DNA of 19,102 bases from the IMG/VR virus record IMGVR_UViG_2630968705_000015; one strand, given 5' to 3'. This DNA comes from a virus (taxonomy: Duplodnaviria > Heunggongvirae > Uroviricota > Caudoviricetes). Numbering within the stretch: position 1 is the stretch's first letter; every line of letters begins with the position of its first letter. The notes below the pieces were generated by a model. That model had not been told where the DNA came from. It did not search any database and saw nothing but the letters and a program-made list of their open reading frames with translations. A program made the translations under genes and the position numbers. Of this stretch, positions 7,845 to 16,819 are shown piece by piece.

Positions 7845-9663
7845 ACTTACTGAAATCTCGGCTATTGGATACGTTGTAGGATTAGAAGGGGAAAGAATTA
7901 GGATAAACCTGCATGAGGGGTTGCAAGGCAGATTAGCATCGCATAGAAAGGGGGTGAGCTCAGTAACGCAACCAGGAGATCTTATTGGGTTCGATGCAGG
8001 TAATATATTAGTTGTCGCAAGAGTGACAGATATGGCATTTGTTGAAGCGGATAAAGCGCATAAGGCAAATGTAGGCACATCTGATTTAGCTGATATACCT
8101 CTAAGACAAATTATCGCCTATGCAATTGGCTTTGTGAAAAGGGAGTTAAATGGTTATGTTTTTATATCAGAAGATTGGCGCTTACCTGCATTGGGTTCTT
8201 CTGCTGTTCCTTTGACTTCAGATTTTTTGAACATCATTTATAGTATTGATAAAGAAGAACTCCCAAAAGCGGTTGAATTAGGTGTGGATTCTCGAACTAA
8301 AACCGTTAAGATATTTGCAAGTGTTGATAAATTATTGTCGCGACACTTAGCCGTTCTTGGTAGTACAGGATATGGTAAATCAAATTTCAATGCTTTGTTA
8401 ACGAGGAAGGTTTCTGAAAAATACCCTAACTCAAGAATAGTTATTTTTGACATAAATGGTGAATACGCGCAAGCTTTTACAGGTATTCCAAATGTAAAGC
8501 ACACTATTCTAGGGGAATCCCCAAATGTTGATAGTTTGGAAAAAAAGCAGCAAAAGGGTGAGCTATATAGTGAAGAGTATTATTGTTATAAAAAGATACC
8601 ATATCAGGCATTAGGTTTTGCTGGGTTAATTAAATTATTAAGACCAAGTGATAAAACACAATTGCCCGCATTAAGAAATGCATTAAGTGCAATTAATCGG
8701 ACTCATTTTAAAAGCCGTAATATTTACTTGAAAAAAGATGATGGTGAAACTTTTCTTTTGTATGATGATTGTCGTGACACAAATCAAAGTAAATTGGCTG
8801 AGTGGTTGGATTTATTAAGGCGTAGACGTCTTAAAAGAACGAATGTATGGCCACCGTTTAAAAGTTTAGCGACTTTGGTTGCTGAATTTGGATGTGTAGC
8901 TGCTGACCGTTCTAATGGAAGTAAACGTGACGCGTTTGGTTTTAGTAACGTGTTGCCATTGGTAAAAATCATACAACAACTTGCAGAGGATATAAGATTT
9001 AAATCTATTGTTAATTTAAATGGAGGGGGTGAGCTAGCAGATGGTGGAACGCATTGGGATAAAGCTATGAGTGATGAAGTTGATTACTTCTTTGGTAAGG
9101 AAAAAGGACAAGAAAATGATTGGAATGTTCATATAGTTAATATGAAAAATTTGGCACAAGATCATGCTCCAATGTTACTTAGTGCATTGTTGGAGATGTT
9201 TGCTGAGATACTATTTAGACGTGGGCAGGAACGTTCGTATCCTACGGTACTTTTGTTGGAAGAAGCGCATCATTACCTGCGTGACCCTTATGCTGAAATT
9301 GACTCACAGATTAAAGCATATGAACGACTTGCTAAAGAAGGTAGGAAATTCAAATGCTCTTTAATTGTCAGTACTCAGCGACCCTCAGAGCTTTCTCCTA
9401 CTGTTTTGGCAATGTGTTCAAACTGGTTTTCGTTACGTTTGACTAATGAAAGAGATTTACAGGCTCTCAGATATGCAATGGAAAGCGGTAATGAACAAAT
9501 CTTAAAACAAATATCAGGTTTACCAAGAGGTGATGCTGTTGCATTTGGTTCTGCATTTAATTTGCCTGTAAGAATTTCAATTAATCAAGCAAGGCCAGGG
9601 CCAAAATCTTCAGATGCTGTTTTTTCTGAAGAATGGGCTAATTGTACAGAATTACGTTGTTAA
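7831..9663 (+). CDS. HerA/FtsK-like P-loop ATPase, partner of the SIR2-like protein
   Basis: Walker A GSTGYGKS (about 8359-8382), Walker B VLLLEEAHHY (about 9247-9276), STQRPSEL motif, and a roughly 175-aa N-terminal domain before the P-loop. Track start is TTG 7780; ATG 7831 follows an AAAGGAGAAGG site and overlaps the SIR2 stop by 14 nt. ATG 7783 is an alternative start. Confidence 0.8.
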   Translation: MSLFKLTEISAIGYVVGLEGERIRINLHEGLQGRLASHRKGVSSVTQPGDLIGFDAGNILVVARVTDMAFVEADKAHKANVGTSDLADIPLRQIIAYAIGFVKRELNGYVFISEDWRLPALGSSAVPLTSDFLNIIYSIDKEELPKAVELGVDSRTKTVKIFASVDKLLSRHLAVLGSTGYGKSNFNALLTRKVSEKYPNSRIVIFDINGEYAQAFTGIPNVKHTILGESPNVDSLEKKQQKGELYSEEYYCYKKIPYQALGFAGLIKLLRPSDKTQLPALRNALSAINRTHFKSRNIYLKKDDGETFLLYDDCRDTNQSKLAEWLDLLRRRRLKRTNVWPPFKSLATLVAEFGCVAADRSNGSKRDAFGFSNVLPLVKIIQQLAEDIRFKSIVNLNGGGELADGGTHWDKAMSDEVDYFFGKEKGQENDWNVHIVNMKNLAQDHAPMLLSALLEMFAEILFRRGQERSYPTVLLLEEAHHYLRDPYAEIDSQIKAYERLAKEGRKFKCSLIVSTQRPSELSPTVLAMCSNWFSLRLTNERDLQALRYAMESGNEQILKQISGLPRGDAVAFGSAFNLPVRISINQARPGPKSSDAVFSEEWANCTELRC

Positions 9664-9820
9664 TTACCTGATGTACATGGCTAGTGCAAGTTGGTAGCGC
9701 ATGTCTATATGCATTTATTTGCATGTGTTTTATTGAGTGAGCGCACAAGCTTGATGACCCGACAGGTATGTATTTAGACTGAATTTACACCTGCATTAAA
9801 ACCGCCCCACGAAGCGGGCG

Positions 9821-9839
9821 GGCGAGGCGGGGAAAGCAC
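9821..9839. other. cos cohesive-end sequence (P2-type 19-nt GC-rich site)
   Basis: GGCGAGGCGGGGAAAGCAC matches the P2 cohesive end as I recall it. Lies between the variable locus and the end of Q, as in P2. Confidence 0.65.
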
Positions 9840-9848
9840 TGCGCGCTG

Positions 9849-9953
9849 GCGGTGGTGCGGATTTTATTTTTTCAGCGTCTCAGCGCGTCGTGACGGCGCT
9901 TAGTCTGCCCGTTGAGGCGTTGGTGTGTCTGCGGGGTATTTTGTGCGGTGGTG
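9849..9953. repeat. Direct repeat GCGGTGGTG (9849-9857 and 9945-9953) in G-rich DNA flanking cos
   Basis: Read directly from the sequence. Possibly terminase-recognition elements; function inferred only. Confidence 0.3.
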
Positions 9954-9980
9954 AGCGTGTGAGGGGGTGATGACGGGGTG

Positions 9981-10003
9981 TAAAAAAGCCGCCCGCAGGC
10001 GGC
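9981..10003 (-). terminator. Rho-independent terminator after Q (minus strand)
   Basis: Minus-strand reading GCCGCC-TGCG-GGCGGC followed by TTTTTT, directly after the Q stop codon. Confidence 0.6.
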
Positions 10004-10008
10004 GATGT

Positions 10009-11043
10009 TCAGCCGTTGTCAGTGTCCAGTGAGTAGTTTTTAAATCGGATGACCTCCTGACCGAGCCAGCCGTTTATTTCGCGGATCCTGTCCTGTAACG
10101 GGATAAGCTCATTGCGGACAAAGACCTTTGCCACTTTCTCAATATCACCCAGCGACCCGACGTTCTCCGGCTTGCCCCCCATCAACTGAAAGGGGATGCG
10201 ATGCGCGTCCAGCAGGTCAGCGGCGCTGGCTTTTTTGATATTAAAAAAATCGTCCTTCGTTGCCACTTCACTGAGCGGGATAATTTTAATGCCGTCGGCT
10301 TTCCCCTGTGGGGCATAGAGAAACAGATTTTTAAAGTTATTGCGGCCTTTCGACTTAACCATGTTTTCGCGAAGCATTTCGATATCGTTGCGATCCTGCA
10401 CGGCATCGGTGACGTACATGATGTATCCGGCATGAGCGCCGTTTTCGTAATACTTGCGGCGGAACAGCGTGGCCGACTCATTCAGCCAGGCAGAGTTAAG
10501 GGCGCTGAGATATTCCGGCAGGCCGTACAGCTCCTGATTAATATCCGGCTCCAGCAGGTGAAACACGGAGCCGGGTGCGAAGGCTGTCGGCTCGTTGAAG
10601 GACGGCACCCACCAGTAAACATCCTCTTCCACACCACGGCGGGTATATTTTGCCGGTGAGGTTTCCAGTCTGATGACCTTACCGGTGGTGCTGTAACGCT
10701 TTTCCAGAAACGCATTACCGAACACCAGAAAATCCAGCACAAAGCGGCTGAAATCCTGTTGCGAAAGCCACGGATGCGGGATAAACGTTGAAGCCAGAAT
10801 ATTACGTTTGACGTAAATCGGTGAGCTGTGATGTACGGCAGCACGCAGGCTTTTTGCCAGACCGGTAAAGCTGATCGGCGGCTCATACCATCTGCCGTTA
10901 CTGATGCACTCGACGTAATCCAGAATGTCACGGCGGTCGAGTACCGGCACCGGCTCACCAAAGGTGAATGCCTCCATTTTCGGGGCGCTGGCGGTGATTG
11001 TTTTTGCCGCAGGTCGCGGTGTTTTCCCTTTTTTCTTGCTCAT
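10009..11043 (-). CDS. Q: Portal protein (P2 Q-like, 344 aa)
   Basis: ORF track. 344 aa as in P2 gpQ. Start overlaps the P stop by 1 nt. First structural gene after cos. Confidence 0.85.
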   Translation of the reverse strand: MSKKKGKTPRPAAKTITASAPKMEAFTFGEPVPVLDRRDILDYVECISNGRWYEPPISFTGLAKSLRAAVHHSSPIYVKRNILASTFIPHPWLSQQDFSRFVLDFLVFGNAFLEKRYSTTGKVIRLETSPAKYTRRGVEEDVYWWVPSFNEPTAFAPGSVFHLLEPDINQELYGLPEYLSALNSAWLNESATLFRRKYYENGAHAGYIMYVTDAVQDRNDIEMLRENMVKSKGRNNFKNLFLYAPQGKADGIKIIPLSEVATKDDFFNIKKASAADLLDAHRIPFQLMGGKPENVGSLGDIEKVAKVFVRNELIPLQDRIREINGWLGQEVIRFKNYSLDTDNG

Positions 11044-12815
11044 CAGTAAAACTCCAGAATGGTGGATGTCAGCGGAGTGCTGATACCGGCGGTGAGTGGC
11101 TCATTTAACAGAGCGTGCATGGTCGCCCAGGCGAGGTCGGCGTGGCTGGCTTCCTCGCTGCGACTGGCCTCATAGGTGGCGCTGCGTCCGCTGCTGGTCA
11201 TGGTCTTTCGGATAGCCATAAACGAGCTGGTGATGTCGGTGGCGCTGACGTCATATTCCAGACAGCCACGGCGGATAACGTCTTTTGCCTTGAGCACCAT
11301 TGCGGTTTTCATTTCCGGCGTGTAGCGGATATCGCGCGCGGCAGGATAGAACGAGCGCACGAGCTGGAACACGCCGACACCGAGGCCGGTGGCATCAATA
11401 CCGATGTATTCGACGTTATATTTTTCGGTGAGTTTGCGGATGGATTCAGCCTGGGTGGCAAAGTCCATGCCTTTCCACTGGTGACGCTCAAGTATTCTGA
11501 ATTTACCTCCGGCCACCACCGGCGGTGCCAGCACCACGCATCCGGCGCTGTCGCCACGGTGTGACGGGTCGTAACCAATCCATACCGGGCGGGAGCCGAA
11601 CGGATTGGCGGCAAACGGCGCATAGTCTTCCCATTCTTCCAGCGTGTCGACCATGCAGCGTTGCAGCTCCTCGAACGGGAACACCGACGCCTTGTCGTCA
11701 ACAAATTCACACATGAACAGGTTTTTAAAATCGTCGGCGCTGTTTTCGCGTTTAAGCTGCTCAATGTCGAAGAGCGTGCAGCCGCCTTTCAGGGCGTCCT
11801 CAATGGTGACAATCTGCCGCCACTGGCCGTCCGCACAGAGAAGCCCACCGGCAAGGGCGTTATGACTGACGTCGATTTCCACGCGTTCGGCGGCGCTGGC
11901 GCGTCCCCGGTTGAACAGTTCACCCGACCAGAACGGGTAGGCGTCGTGCGCCAGCGTGGACGGGGTGGAGAAATAGGTCGAGCGCAGGTGACTCTGTGAG
12001 GCCATACCTGATGCCACCTTACGCAGTACCTGAAAATTCGGTATCCAGAAAATCTCGTCGACGTACAGGTCGCCGTTATGGCTCTGCGCGGTGTTGGAGT
12101 TGGTGCCGAGAAAAATCAGTTTTGCGCCGTTATTGCCCAGGACAATCGGGTCACCGGTCAGGTCAACGTCAACCAGCCGGGCAAAGGCGATGATGTATTC
12201 GCGGAACACATACGCCTGCGTTTTACTGGCCGACAGAAAAATCTGGTTATGACCGGTTTTCAGGGCGCGCAGCAGCGCCTCGCGGGAAAAATAAAACGTC
12301 GCGCCAATCTGGCGGGATTTCAGGATATCGCGGATGCGGTGCTCAAGCCCGGCGCGATACCAGTGCAACTGATAGTCGAAAGACTGCTCAAAGAAAATCT
12401 GCTCCAGCTTTTCGATAGCCTCGTCACTGAAAAAATTCTTTTTCGGTTTGCGACGCCCGCCTTTGTTGCGGTTAGCGACGTTCGGATTAAGGTCTGCCTC
12501 GTTGCCGGTCTGGCTGTAACGGTTGACCCGTGCCAGCCGTTCAATCTGGCGTCCGAGCAGGTCAATTTCCTTGAAGTCACCGCCGGTTTTCTGCGGTTTG
12601 ATGATGAGCTGGGTCAGCCGCGCTTCCAGACTCATTTCGACACGGCTGATGGGGGCAACGCTGTCCCAGCCGTCGCGCTGTTTCCAGCTCTGCACCGTCG
12701 GGCGTTTCATCTGCAACATGGCGGCAATCTGCGGCACGGAAAACCCCTGCCAGTACAGCAGCGCCGCCTGACGACGCGGGTCGTGTAAAAGAGTGGTGTC
12801 TGTGGTGATGGTCAT
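11043..12815 (-). CDS. P: Terminase large (ATPase) subunit (P2 P-like, 590 aa)
   Basis: Track ORF starts at TTG 12845. Internal ATG at 12813-12815 with a GAGG site gives 590 aa, the remembered P2 gpP length. Divergent from O. Confidence 0.85.
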   Translation of the reverse strand: MTITTDTTLLHDPRRQAALLYWQGFSVPQIAAMLQMKRPTVQSWKQRDGWDSVAPISRVEMSLEARLTQLIIKPQKTGGDFKEIDLLGRQIERLARVNRYSQTGNEADLNPNVANRNKGGRRKPKKNFFSDEAIEKLEQIFFEQSFDYQLHWYRAGLEHRIRDILKSRQIGATFYFSREALLRALKTGHNQIFLSASKTQAYVFREYIIAFARLVDVDLTGDPIVLGNNGAKLIFLGTNSNTAQSHNGDLYVDEIFWIPNFQVLRKVASGMASQSHLRSTYFSTPSTLAHDAYPFWSGELFNRGRASAAERVEIDVSHNALAGGLLCADGQWRQIVTIEDALKGGCTLFDIEQLKRENSADDFKNLFMCEFVDDKASVFPFEELQRCMVDTLEEWEDYAPFAANPFGSRPVWIGYDPSHRGDSAGCVVLAPPVVAGGKFRILERHQWKGMDFATQAESIRKLTEKYNVEYIGIDATGLGVGVFQLVRSFYPAARDIRYTPEMKTAMVLKAKDVIRRGCLEYDVSATDITSSFMAIRKTMTSSGRSATYEASRSEEASHADLAWATMHALLNEPLTAGISTPLTSTILEFY

Positions 12816-12988
12816 GAATACCTCGCCGTGATGAATACACGGCAAGGCTACTGAGTCGCGCCCCGCGATTCGCTAAGGTGCTGTTGTGTCAGTGATAAGC
12901 CATCCGGGACTGATGGCGGAGGATGCGCATCGTCGGGAAACTGATGCCGACATGTGACTCCTCTAATCACTATTCAGGACTCCTGACA
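12816..12988. promoter_or_regulatory. Divergent late-promoter region between P and O
   Basis: Position equals the P2 PP/PO region. I searched for the Ogr-type TGT-N12-ACA dyad and found no exact match, so no promoter is placed. Confidence 0.35.
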
Positions 12989-13843
12989 ATGGCAAAAAAA
13001 GTCTCAAAATTCTTTCGTATCGGCGTTGAGGGTGACACCTGTGACGGGCGTGTCATCAGTGCGCAGGATATTCAGGAAATGGCCGAAACCTTTGACCCGC
13101 GAGTCTATGGTTGCCGCATTAACCTGGAACATCTGCGCGGCGTCCTGCCTGACGGTATTTTTAAGCGTTATGGCGATGTGGTCGAACTGAAGGCCGAAAA
13201 GATTGACGATGATTCGGCGCTGAAAGGCAAATGGGCGCTGTTTGCGAAAATCACCCCGACCGATGACCTTATCGCGATGAACAAGGCCGCGCAGAAGGTC
13301 TATACCTCAATGGAAATTCAGCCGAACTTTGCCAATACAGGCAAATGTTATCTGGTGGGTCTGGCCGTCACCGATGACCCGGCAAGCCTCGGCACGGAAT
13401 ACCTGGAATTCTGCCGCACGGCAAAACACAACCCCCTGAACCGCTTCAAATTAAGCCCTGAAAACCTGATTTCAGTGGCAACGCCCGTTGAGCTGGAATT
13501 TGAAGACCTGCCTGAAACCGTGTTCACCGCCCTGACCGAAAAGGTGAAGTCCATTTTTGGCCGCAAACAGGCCAGCGATGACGCCCGTCTGAATGACGTG
13601 CATGAAGCGGTGACCGCTGTCGCTGAGCATGTGCAGGAAAAGCTGAGCGCCACTGAGCAGCGACTCGCTGAGATGGAAACCGCCTTTTCCGCACTTAAGC
13701 AGGATGTGACTGACAGGGCGGATGAAACCAGTCAGGCATTCACCCGCCTGAAAAACAGTCTCGACCACACCGAAAGTCTGACCCAGCAGCGCCGCAGCAA
13801 AGCCACCGGCGGTGGCGGTGACGCCCTGATGACGAACTGCTGA
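12989..13843 (+). CDS. O: Capsid scaffold protein (P2 O-like, 284 aa)
   Basis: Track ORF starts at 12923. ATG at 12989 gives 284 aa, the remembered P2 gpO length. Coiled-coil-like C-terminal region. Confidence 0.75.
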   Translation: MAKKVSKFFRIGVEGDTCDGRVISAQDIQEMAETFDPRVYGCRINLEHLRGVLPDGIFKRYGDVVELKAEKIDDDSALKGKWALFAKITPTDDLIAMNKAAQKVYTSMEIQPNFANTGKCYLVGLAVTDDPASLGTEYLEFCRTAKHNPLNRFKLSPENLISVATPVELEFEDLPETVFTALTEKVKSIFGRKQASDDARLNDVHEAVTAVAEHVQEKLSATEQRLAEMETAFSALKQDVTDRADETSQAFTRLKNSLDHTESLTQQRRSKATGGGGDALMTNC

Positions 13844-13901
13844 CCGGCGTCAGTCAGTCCGGGAAAACCTTCACGATTAACCCTTAATTTCAGGAAAAAC
13901 T

Positions 13902-14975
13902 ATGCGCCAGGAAACCCGCTTTAAATTTAATGCCTACCTGTCCCGTGTTGCCGAACTGAACGGCATCGACGCCGGTGATGTGTCGAAAAAATTCACCGTT
14001 GAACCGTCGGTCACCCAGACCCTGATGAACACCATGCAGGAGTCCTCTGACTTTCTGACCCGCATCAACATTGTGCCGGTCAGCGAAATGAAAGGGGAAA
14101 AAATTGGTATTGGTGTCACCGGCTCCATCGCCAGCACCACCGACACCGCCGGTGGCACCGAGCGTCAGCCGAAGGACTTCTCGAAGCTGGCGTCCAACAA
14201 GTACGAATGCGACCAGGTTAACTTCGATTTTTATATCCGCTACAAAACGCTGGACCTGTGGGCGCGTTATCAGGATTTCCAGCTCCGTATCCGTAACGCC
14301 ATTATCAAACGCCAGTCCCTTGATTTCATCATGGCCGGTTTTAACGGCGTGAAGCGTGCCGAAACCTCTGACCGCAACAGTAATCCGATGCTGCAGGATG
14401 TGGCGGTCGGCTGGCTGCAGAAATACCGCAATGAAGCCCCGGCGCGCGTGATGAGCAAGGTCACTGACGAGGAAGGTCGCACCACCTCTGAGGTCATCCG
14501 CGTGGGTAAGGGCGGTGATTATGCCAGCCTTGACGCACTGGTGATGGATGCGACCAACAACCTGATTGAGCCGTGGTATCAGGAAGACCCTGACCTTGTG
14601 GTGATTGTGGGGCGTCAGCTACTGGCGGACAAGTATTTCCCCATCGTTAACAAGGAGCAGGACAACAGCGAAATGCTGGCCGCTGACGTCATCATCAGCC
14701 AGAAACGCATCGGTAACCTGCCGGCGGTACGCGTCCCGTACTTCCCGGCGGATGCGATGCTCATCACGAAGCTGGAAAACCTGTCCATCTACTACATGGA
14801 TGACAGCCATCGCCGCGTGATTGAGGAAAACCCGAAACTCGACCGCGTGGAGAACTACGAGTCAATGAACATTGATTACGTGGTGGAGGACTACGCCGCC
14901 GGTTGTCTGGTGGAAAAAATTAAGGTCGGTGATTTTTCCACACCGGCTAAAGCGACCGCAGAGCCGGGAGCGTAA
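13902..14975 (+). CDS. N: Major capsid protein (P2 N-like, 357 aa)
   Basis: ORF track, ATG with AGGA upstream. 357 aa as in P2 gpN. Position O-N-M. Confidence 0.85.
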   Translation: MRQETRFKFNAYLSRVAELNGIDAGDVSKKFTVEPSVTQTLMNTMQESSDFLTRINIVPVSEMKGEKIGIGVTGSIASTTDTAGGTERQPKDFSKLASNKYECDQVNFDFYIRYKTLDLWARYQDFQLRIRNAIIKRQSLDFIMAGFNGVKRAETSDRNSNPMLQDVAVGWLQKYRNEAPARVMSKVTDEEGRTTSEVIRVGKGGDYASLDALVMDATNNLIEPWYQEDPDLVVIVGRQLLADKYFPIVNKEQDNSEMLAADVIISQKRIGNLPAVRVPYFPADAMLITKLENLSIYYMDDSHRRVIEENPKLDRVENYESMNIDYVVEDYAAGCLVEKIKVGDFSTPAKATAEPGA

Positions 14976-14978
14976 CCG

Positions 14979-15722
14979 ATGACGAGTCCCGCACAGCGCC
15001 ACATGATGCGGGTCTCGGCAGCGATGACCGCGCAGCGGGAAGCCGCCCCGCTGCGACATGCAACTGTCTATGAGCAGATGCTGGTCAAGCTCGCCGCAGA
15101 CCAGCGCACACTGAAAGCGATTTATTCAAAAGAGCTGAAGGCCGCAAAAAAACGCGAACTGCTGCCGTTCTGGTTGCCGTGGGTGAATGGCGTGCTGGAG
15201 CAGGGCAAAGGTGCACAGGATGACATTCTGATGACGGTCATGCTGTGGCGTCTGGATACCGGCGATATTGCCGGTGCGCTGGAGATTGCCCGTTATGCCC
15301 TGAAGTACGGTCTGACCATGCCGGGTAAACACCGCCGCACCCCGCCGTACATGTTCACCGAGGAGGTGGCACTTGCGGCCATGCGCGCCCACGCTGCCGG
15401 TGAGTCTGTGGATACCCGCCTGCTGACGGACACCCTCGAACTGACCGCCACGGCTGACATGCCTGATGAAGTGCGCGCAAAGCTGCACAAAATCACCGGT
15501 CTGTTTCTGCGTGACGGTGGTGATGCCGCCGGTGCGCTGGCGCACCTGCAACGTGCGACACAGCTCGACTGTCAGGCAGGCGTCAAAAAAGAGATTGAAC
15601 GACTGGAGCGGGAGCTGAAACCGAAGCCGGAGCCGCAGCCCAAAGCGGCCACCCGCACTCCGCGTAAGACCCGGAGCGTGACACCGGCAAAACGTGGACG
15701 CCCGAAAAAGAAAGCCAGTTAA
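14979..15722 (+). CDS. M: Terminase small (endonuclease) subunit (P2 M-like, 247 aa)
   Basis: ORF track, GGAG site. 247 aa. Basic lysine/arginine/proline-rich C-terminus. Confidence 0.8.
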   Translation: MTSPAQRHMMRVSAAMTAQREAAPLRHATVYEQMLVKLAADQRTLKAIYSKELKAAKKRELLPFWLPWVNGVLEQGKGAQDDILMTVMLWRLDTGDIAGALEIARYALKYGLTMPGKHRRTPPYMFTEEVALAAMRAHAAGESVDTRLLTDTLELTATADMPDEVRAKLHKITGLFLRDGGDAAGALAHLQRATQLDCQAGVKKEIERLERELKPKPEPQPKAATRTPRKTRSVTPAKRGRPKKKAS

Positions 15723-15821
15723 CAACCGAATGCGCCCCGCGCCAGGGCGGCACGCCGGTCAGTGACGGTGAATCACCTGACACTGCACCGGCGTCCACCG
15801 CCCGACTTTTCAGAGGTAGTC

Positions 15822-16331
15822 ATGATGACGCTGATTATTCCGCGAAAGGAGGCTCCCGTGTCCGGTGAGGGTACGGTGGTTATCCCGCAACCGGCAGGCG
15901 ACGAGCCGGTGATTAAAAACACGTTCTTTTTTCCCGATATCGACCCGAAGCGCGTCCGGGAACGTATGCGCCTTGAGCAGACCGTCGCCCCTGCCCGTCT
16001 GCGTGAGGCCATCAAGTCAGGCATGGCGGAGACGAATGCGGAGCTGTACGAGTACCGCGAACAGAAAATTGCTGCCGGTTTTACGCGTCTGGCGGACGTC
16101 CCGGCGGACGACATCGACGGTGAAAGCATCAAAGTTTTTTACTACGAGCGCGCCGTGTGTGCGATGGCGACCGCGTCACTTTATGAACGTTATCGCGGTG
16201 TGGATGCCAGTGCGAAAGGCGACAAGAAGGCCGACAGCATTGACAGCACCATTGATGAGCTGTGGCGGGATATGCGCTGGGCAGTGGCGCGCATCCAGGA
16301 CAAGCCGCGCTGCATCGTGAGTCAAATCTGA
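15822..16331 (+). CDS. L: Capsid completion protein (P2 L-like, 169 aa)
   Basis: Track ORF starts at GTG 15762. ATG at 15822 after a GAGG site gives 169 aa, the remembered P2 gpL length. Confidence 0.75.
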   Translation: MMTLIIPRKEAPVSGEGTVVIPQPAGDEPVIKNTFFFPDIDPKRVRERMRLEQTVAPARLREAIKSGMAETNAELYEYREQKIAAGFTRLADVPADDIDGESIKVFYYERAVCAMATASLYERYRGVDASAKGDKKADSIDSTIDELWRDMRWAVARIQDKPRCIVSQI

Positions 16332-16534
16332 TGAAGACCTTTGCGCTACAGGGCGACACGCTCGACGCCATTTGTGTCCGCTATTACGGGCGCACTGAGG
16401 GCGTGGTCGAGGCCGTGCTCGCCGCAAATCCGGGACTGGCTGAACTGGGGGCGGTGCTGCCACACGGCACCGCCGTCGAACTGCCCGACGTTCAGACCGC
16501 GCCCGTGGCTGAAACTGTCAATCTGTGGGAGTAA
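16331..16534 (+). CDS. X: Tail protein X (67 aa)
   Basis: ATG at 16331 overlapping the L stop (TGATG). 67 aa as in P2 gpX. Track ORF 16262..16534 is the same frame extended upstream. Confidence 0.75.
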   Translation: MKTFALQGDTLDAICVRYYGRTEGVVEAVLAANPGLAELGAVLPHGTAVELPDVQTAPVAETVNLWE

Positions 16535-16537
16535 CGC

Positions 16538-16819
16538 ATGACAGCAGAAGAAAAAAGCGTCCTGTCGCTTTTCATGATTGGGGTGCTGATTGTTGTCGGC
16601 AAGGTGCTTGCCGGTGGTGAACCCATCACCCCGCGTCTGTTTATCGGGCGCATGTTGCTCGGTGGTTTTGTCTCGATGGTTGCCGGTGTTGTTCTGGTGC
16701 AGTTTCCTGACCTGTCACTGCCTGCGGTGTGCGGCATCGGCTCCATGCTGGGTATCGCCGGTTATCAGGTGATTGAGATTGCCATTCAGCGCCGCTTTAA
16801 GGGCAGGGGGAAACCGTAA
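16538..16819 (+). CDS. Y: Holin (P2 Y-like, 93 aa)
   Basis: Hydrophobic transmembrane segments with a charged C-terminus. Directly upstream of the endolysin. GGAG site. Confidence 0.8.
   Translation: MTAEEKSVLSLFMIGVLIVVGKVLAGGEPITPRLFIGRMLLGGFVSMVAGVVLVQFPDLSLPAVCGIGSMLGIAGYQVIEIAIQRRFKGRGKP

Noticed and set aside
7281-8078. Minus-strand ORFs (84 and 110 aa) inside the SIR2/HerA cassette
   Set aside because: Antisense to genes with clear domain motifs; no start signals.
7831-9663. Possibility that the ATPase is the P2 Old protein
   Set aside because: The Walker A motif is about 176 residues from the N-terminus and Walker B is EEAHH, which fits HerA/FtsK-type ATPases, not an N-terminal OLD-type ATPase; the partner is SIR2-like, not Tin. 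Not confirmed by search.
10182-10961. Several ORFs of 99-159 aa on both strands inside the portal gene Q (10182..10481, 10201..10659, 10482..10961)
   Set aside because: Antisense or alternative-frame shadows typical of GC-rich coding DNA; the Q frame is the one supported by synteny and length.
11115-12840. Multiple ORFs on both strands inside the terminase gene P (for example 12078..12788, 236 aa)
   Set aside because: Same reasoning: long open alternative frames in GC-rich sequence, overlapping a gene with strong synteny support.
12816-12988. Ogr-type late promoter dyad (TGT-N12-ACA) between P and O
   Set aside because: I searched for it and found no exact match, so no specific promoter is annotated.
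15126-15725. 199-aa minus-strand ORF antisense to M, and similar ORFs antisense to L and X
   Set aside because: Shadow ORFs with Arg/Gly/Thr-rich low-complexity translations.
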